Below the pieces are notes generated by a model. That model saw only the letters and a list, made by a program, of their open reading frames with translations. It was not told where the DNA came from and did not search any database. 51,422 nucleotides of DNA from an uncultured delta proteobacterium. GTDB taxonomy: Bacteria > Desulfobacterota > Zymogenia > Zymogenales > Zymogenaceae. The stretch is from positions 1 through 51,422 of the forward strand of contig CAWBYW010000038.1 in NCBI GenBank assembly GCA_963792965.1. Direction: 5' to 3'. The translations under genes and the position numbers were made by a program. Below are positions 48,854-51,422 of the stretch, piece by piece. Every line of letters begins with the position of its first letter. The stretch's first letter is position 1.

Positions 48854-50116
48854 TTATTCGCTTTTTGAGTTTAGGAAATAGAACCAGTTCATGGGATAGG
48901 CGTGGGCGCTGACAATCCACACCAGGATGAAACTGAGGAAAAATGATATCAGGGTTGCGTGCGCGGCGCCGAGAGGACCCTCCCGGCGTATCAGGACGTA
49001 GCATAGAATGATTTGAATACCGGTTCCTATAAGGGAAACGTAGGCCAGGACCATCGTTCTTTTCTGAAAGAGGATATAGGGTAGAACCATCAGAGACATC
49101 CCGTAGAAAGCATACCCGAAGGCTATCCACCCAACATATACGTAGGATTCGCTGTAGTCCTTTGCGGCGAAAATCTTAAGCAGCAGCGGCGCCCCGACGG
49201 TGAGGATCGATGCGCAGGCCAGAACGCCGAAAAAATAGAGATAGGTAACACGGACAAAACGACGCTTGTCCTCCGGGGTAATGGTGGCGAGCCTCCGGTA
49301 GAGGAACGGCTCGTAGGCCCGGTGGAAGGCGTAGACCAGCACCGCCATAATCAGCCCGATCTGATATCCCACGACGTAGAGACCCGTGGCGGCAAGAGTC
49401 GTCATCGCCGCCAGCATCAACCGATCGATCACGATGCGCATCGATCCGGAAAACTCCGACGGGATCAGGGGAAGGCTATACCGCAACGCTTCCGTGATCA
49501 TCTTTCTATCCGGCGAAAATGAGATAAGCTTCCGACGATAAATGATCACGAGGCTAATGATCCCGAAGAGTATGGTCGCACCGCTCAGGCCGAGAACACG
49601 TCCCTGCCACTTCATCCCGAGGCCGACGACCAGCAGCAGCGACAGGCCAATGTTGGCTACTGTGAGCAACAGCTGGTATAAGCCGTAGATGACGGGACGC
49701 TGCTCGGCCAGCCACAGTCTCAGGTTAATGAAGGAAACAAAGAAGGTAGTCGACGTGATTACAAGCAGAACGAGCCACACCGTTGAAAAGGGCAGAAAGC
49801 GGATGATAAGACCTTTCGTGAGCAGGATAACGGCGAGCGCAACGCAGGAGCTGACTGCCAGAATGATGACGATGTTTCCGATAAAGATGCGCAACTGCTC
49901 CGGCGTCAGCCTGAAGTAGTATACCACGATAGCTGCGCTCGTATTGAGACCGACGACGATGATAGCGATATTGAAAAGGGAGATGAACATGGCGACGACG
50001 CCGTAGTCGCCGGGCGCCAAGTACCGTGTAAGAACGGGAAGGAGTAGGAATGGGACGGCGCTGTTGAGGACTTCACTGCCGGTATAGATGAATGCGTTAC
50101 CGATAATCTTGCGCAT
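48854..50116 (-). CDS. Oligosaccharide flippase (Wzx-like)
   Basis: PFLLLPVLTRYL.P.DYG, about 12 TM, YSLPL, DRLML, G.Y, GAA.AT. Confidence 0.88.
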   Translation of the reverse strand: MRKIIGNAFIYTGSEVLNSAVPFLLLPVLTRYLAPGDYGVVAMFISLFNIAIIVVGLNTSAAIVVYYFRLTPEQLRIFIGNIVIILAVSSCVALAVILLTKGLIIRFLPFSTVWLVLLVITSTTFFVSFINLRLWLAEQRPVIYGLYQLLLTVANIGLSLLLVVGLGMKWQGRVLGLSGATILFGIISLVIIYRRKLISFSPDRKMITEALRYSLPLIPSEFSGSMRIVIDRLMLAAMTTLAATGLYVVGYQIGLIMAVLVYAFHRAYEPFLYRRLATITPEDKRRFVRVTYLYFFGVLACASILTVGAPLLLKIFAAKDYSESYVYVGWIAFGYAFYGMSLMVLPYILFQKRTMVLAYVSLIGTGIQIILCYVLIRREGPLGAAHATLISFFLSFILVWIVSAHAYPMNWFYFLNSKSE

Positions 50117-50623
50117 GATGGCTCCGTATCGTTTTCTCTCTATGGCAGTTCTGAATTTTTTATGATGAATGAATCGTCAGATTGATCATCTGCGGTATGT
50201 GCAGATCCGATACGAACCCAACCGCTTTCCGCCATTATAGTGGTTGGAGGATTTCTGTCAACAGAATAACCGGTCTTCCCCGGTTGTTTAGAACCAAGCG
50301 ATTGGCCACCTCTCAGATATCAAGTAGTAGTGGGAACGAGAATATACCGGGGACACGGCTTCTTACTGTCGGTCTTTCACGTCCGGAGGAAACGGTTACT
50401 GACAACTGGAATTGACTTTTCAGCACGAATGGGTTAACATGGCGCACCGTGGGGAAATACCGGAAAATGTGCATCTCCCATCGTAGTCTCGGCACCAACG
50501 GCACGCAAAGGGGAAATCCTGTGTGGATGGTACCGAATGGGTTTCACCCCTCGACCGCGGGGCCGGTCGGGATGAAACCGAGATGGATGACAGAACAACT
50601 GCAGTCATGAGGAGCCGAAGATA

Positions 50624-51157
50624 ATGGCAATTGACCGCATTGCCGGGGTTACGACGTATGAATATACGAAGATCATCGGCATAGAGAACATTGAATTCGG
50701 CCATGATATTATCATCGATGATTTCGTCCTTATTTATGCGAAAAAGCGGATGAAGATCGGCAATTATGTGCACATCGCATGTTTCTCTTCCATAACCGGC
50801 GGGGAAGAATTCGCCATGGAGGATTTTTCCGGGATTGCATCCGGTTCAAGAATATTTACGGGGACAGATGACTTTAAGAGCTGGGGGTTTGGAGGCCCGC
50901 CTATCAATGAAGAATACAGGAATGTCAGACGGGAGCCCGTTTATCTTGGGAAATTCGTCATCATCGGGGCGAACAGCGTGATCCTACCAGGCGTTACGAT
51001 CGGTGAGGGTGCCATGGTCGGCGCCTGTTCCGTGGTGACGAAAGACCTCGACCCCTGGGGCATCTATATCGGTAACAAGCGGGTCGCCGAGCGGGACCGT
51101 AAGGGGGTCATGGAGAACTACCGGAAGTTTCTCGCCGCAAATCCCGACAAAGCCTGA
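50624..51157 (+). CDS. Hexapeptide-repeat sugar acetyltransferase (VioB-like)
   Basis: IDDFV, IGNYVHIA, GTDDF, IIGANSVILPGVTIGEGAMVGACSVVTKD; RBS AGGAG. Confidence 0.85.
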   Translation: MAIDRIAGVTTYEYTKIIGIENIEFGHDIIIDDFVLIYAKKRMKIGNYVHIACFSSITGGEEFAMEDFSGIASGSRIFTGTDDFKSWGFGGPPINEEYRNVRREPVYLGKFVIIGANSVILPGVTIGEGAMVGACSVVTKDLDPWGIYIGNKRVAERDRKGVMENYRKFLAANPDKA

Positions 51158-51160
51158 GGC

Positions 51161-51422
51161 ATGATGGAAAAGCCAAAACCGTTTGAAAGGCCGATCTACG
51201 TCACCCGCCCGATTCTGCCGGATATCACGGAATTCGTAAAAAAACTCGAAGTGATCTGGGCGTCGCAGTGGCTCACCAACAACGGGGGCCAGCACCAGCT
51301 TCTGGAGGAACGGTTGCGAGGAGTATTGAAAGTCCCCTCCCTTTCCCTCTTCAATAACGGCACGGTGGCCCTCATCGTCGCCGCCCAGGCCCTCAGGCTG
51401 TCCGGGGAAGTGATCACCACCC
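51161..51422 (+). CDS. DegT/DnrJ/EryC1/StrS aminotransferase, VioA-like (3'-truncated by window edge)
   Basis: PIYVTRPILP..IWASQWLTNNG..HQLLEE..SLFNNGTVALI..QALRLSGEVITT; absent from the ORF track. Confidence 0.88.
   Translation, partial: MMEKPKPFERPIYVTRPILPDITEFVKKLEVIWASQWLTNNGGQHQLLEERLRGVLKVPSLSLFNNGTVALIVAAQALRLSGEVITT

Overview
Bacterial chromosomal window, GC-rich. Gene content suggests an anaerobic Desulfobacterota/deltaproteobacterium-like organism (inference). Core genes are proS, rpoZ, yacG, ychF and rpsF-rpsR-rplI-dnaB. Other genes: an M18 aminopeptidase with a polar amino-acid ABC transporter, a Gld-like ABC cluster, an IlvD-family dehydratase, an MBL-rhodanese fusion, a CoxD/CoxE-like MoxR-vWA pair, four tandem LpxL-like acyltransferases, an amidohydrolase/APC permease/PaaK-like ligase cluster, a KimA-like transporter, Fe-S proteins, and the edge of a polysaccharide locus (wzx, vioB- and vioA-like). 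At least 11 genes, including essential dnaB, are split by 1-bp indels, most likely long-read assembly errors. No tRNA, rRNA, CRISPR array, transposase or integrase was recognised. Best leads: (1) an unannotated small membrane ORF with a possible in-frame UGA-selenocysteine and a U-x5-C motif; (2) two secreted paralogues with a near-identical N-terminal part and a strongly diverged C-terminal domain, each behind a real or decayed copy of the ychF 3' end; (3) four separately promoted acyltransferases that all lack the catalytic acid; (4) a leader with alternative structures upstream of the KimA-like gene. All assignments are by motif recognition; no database searches were run.
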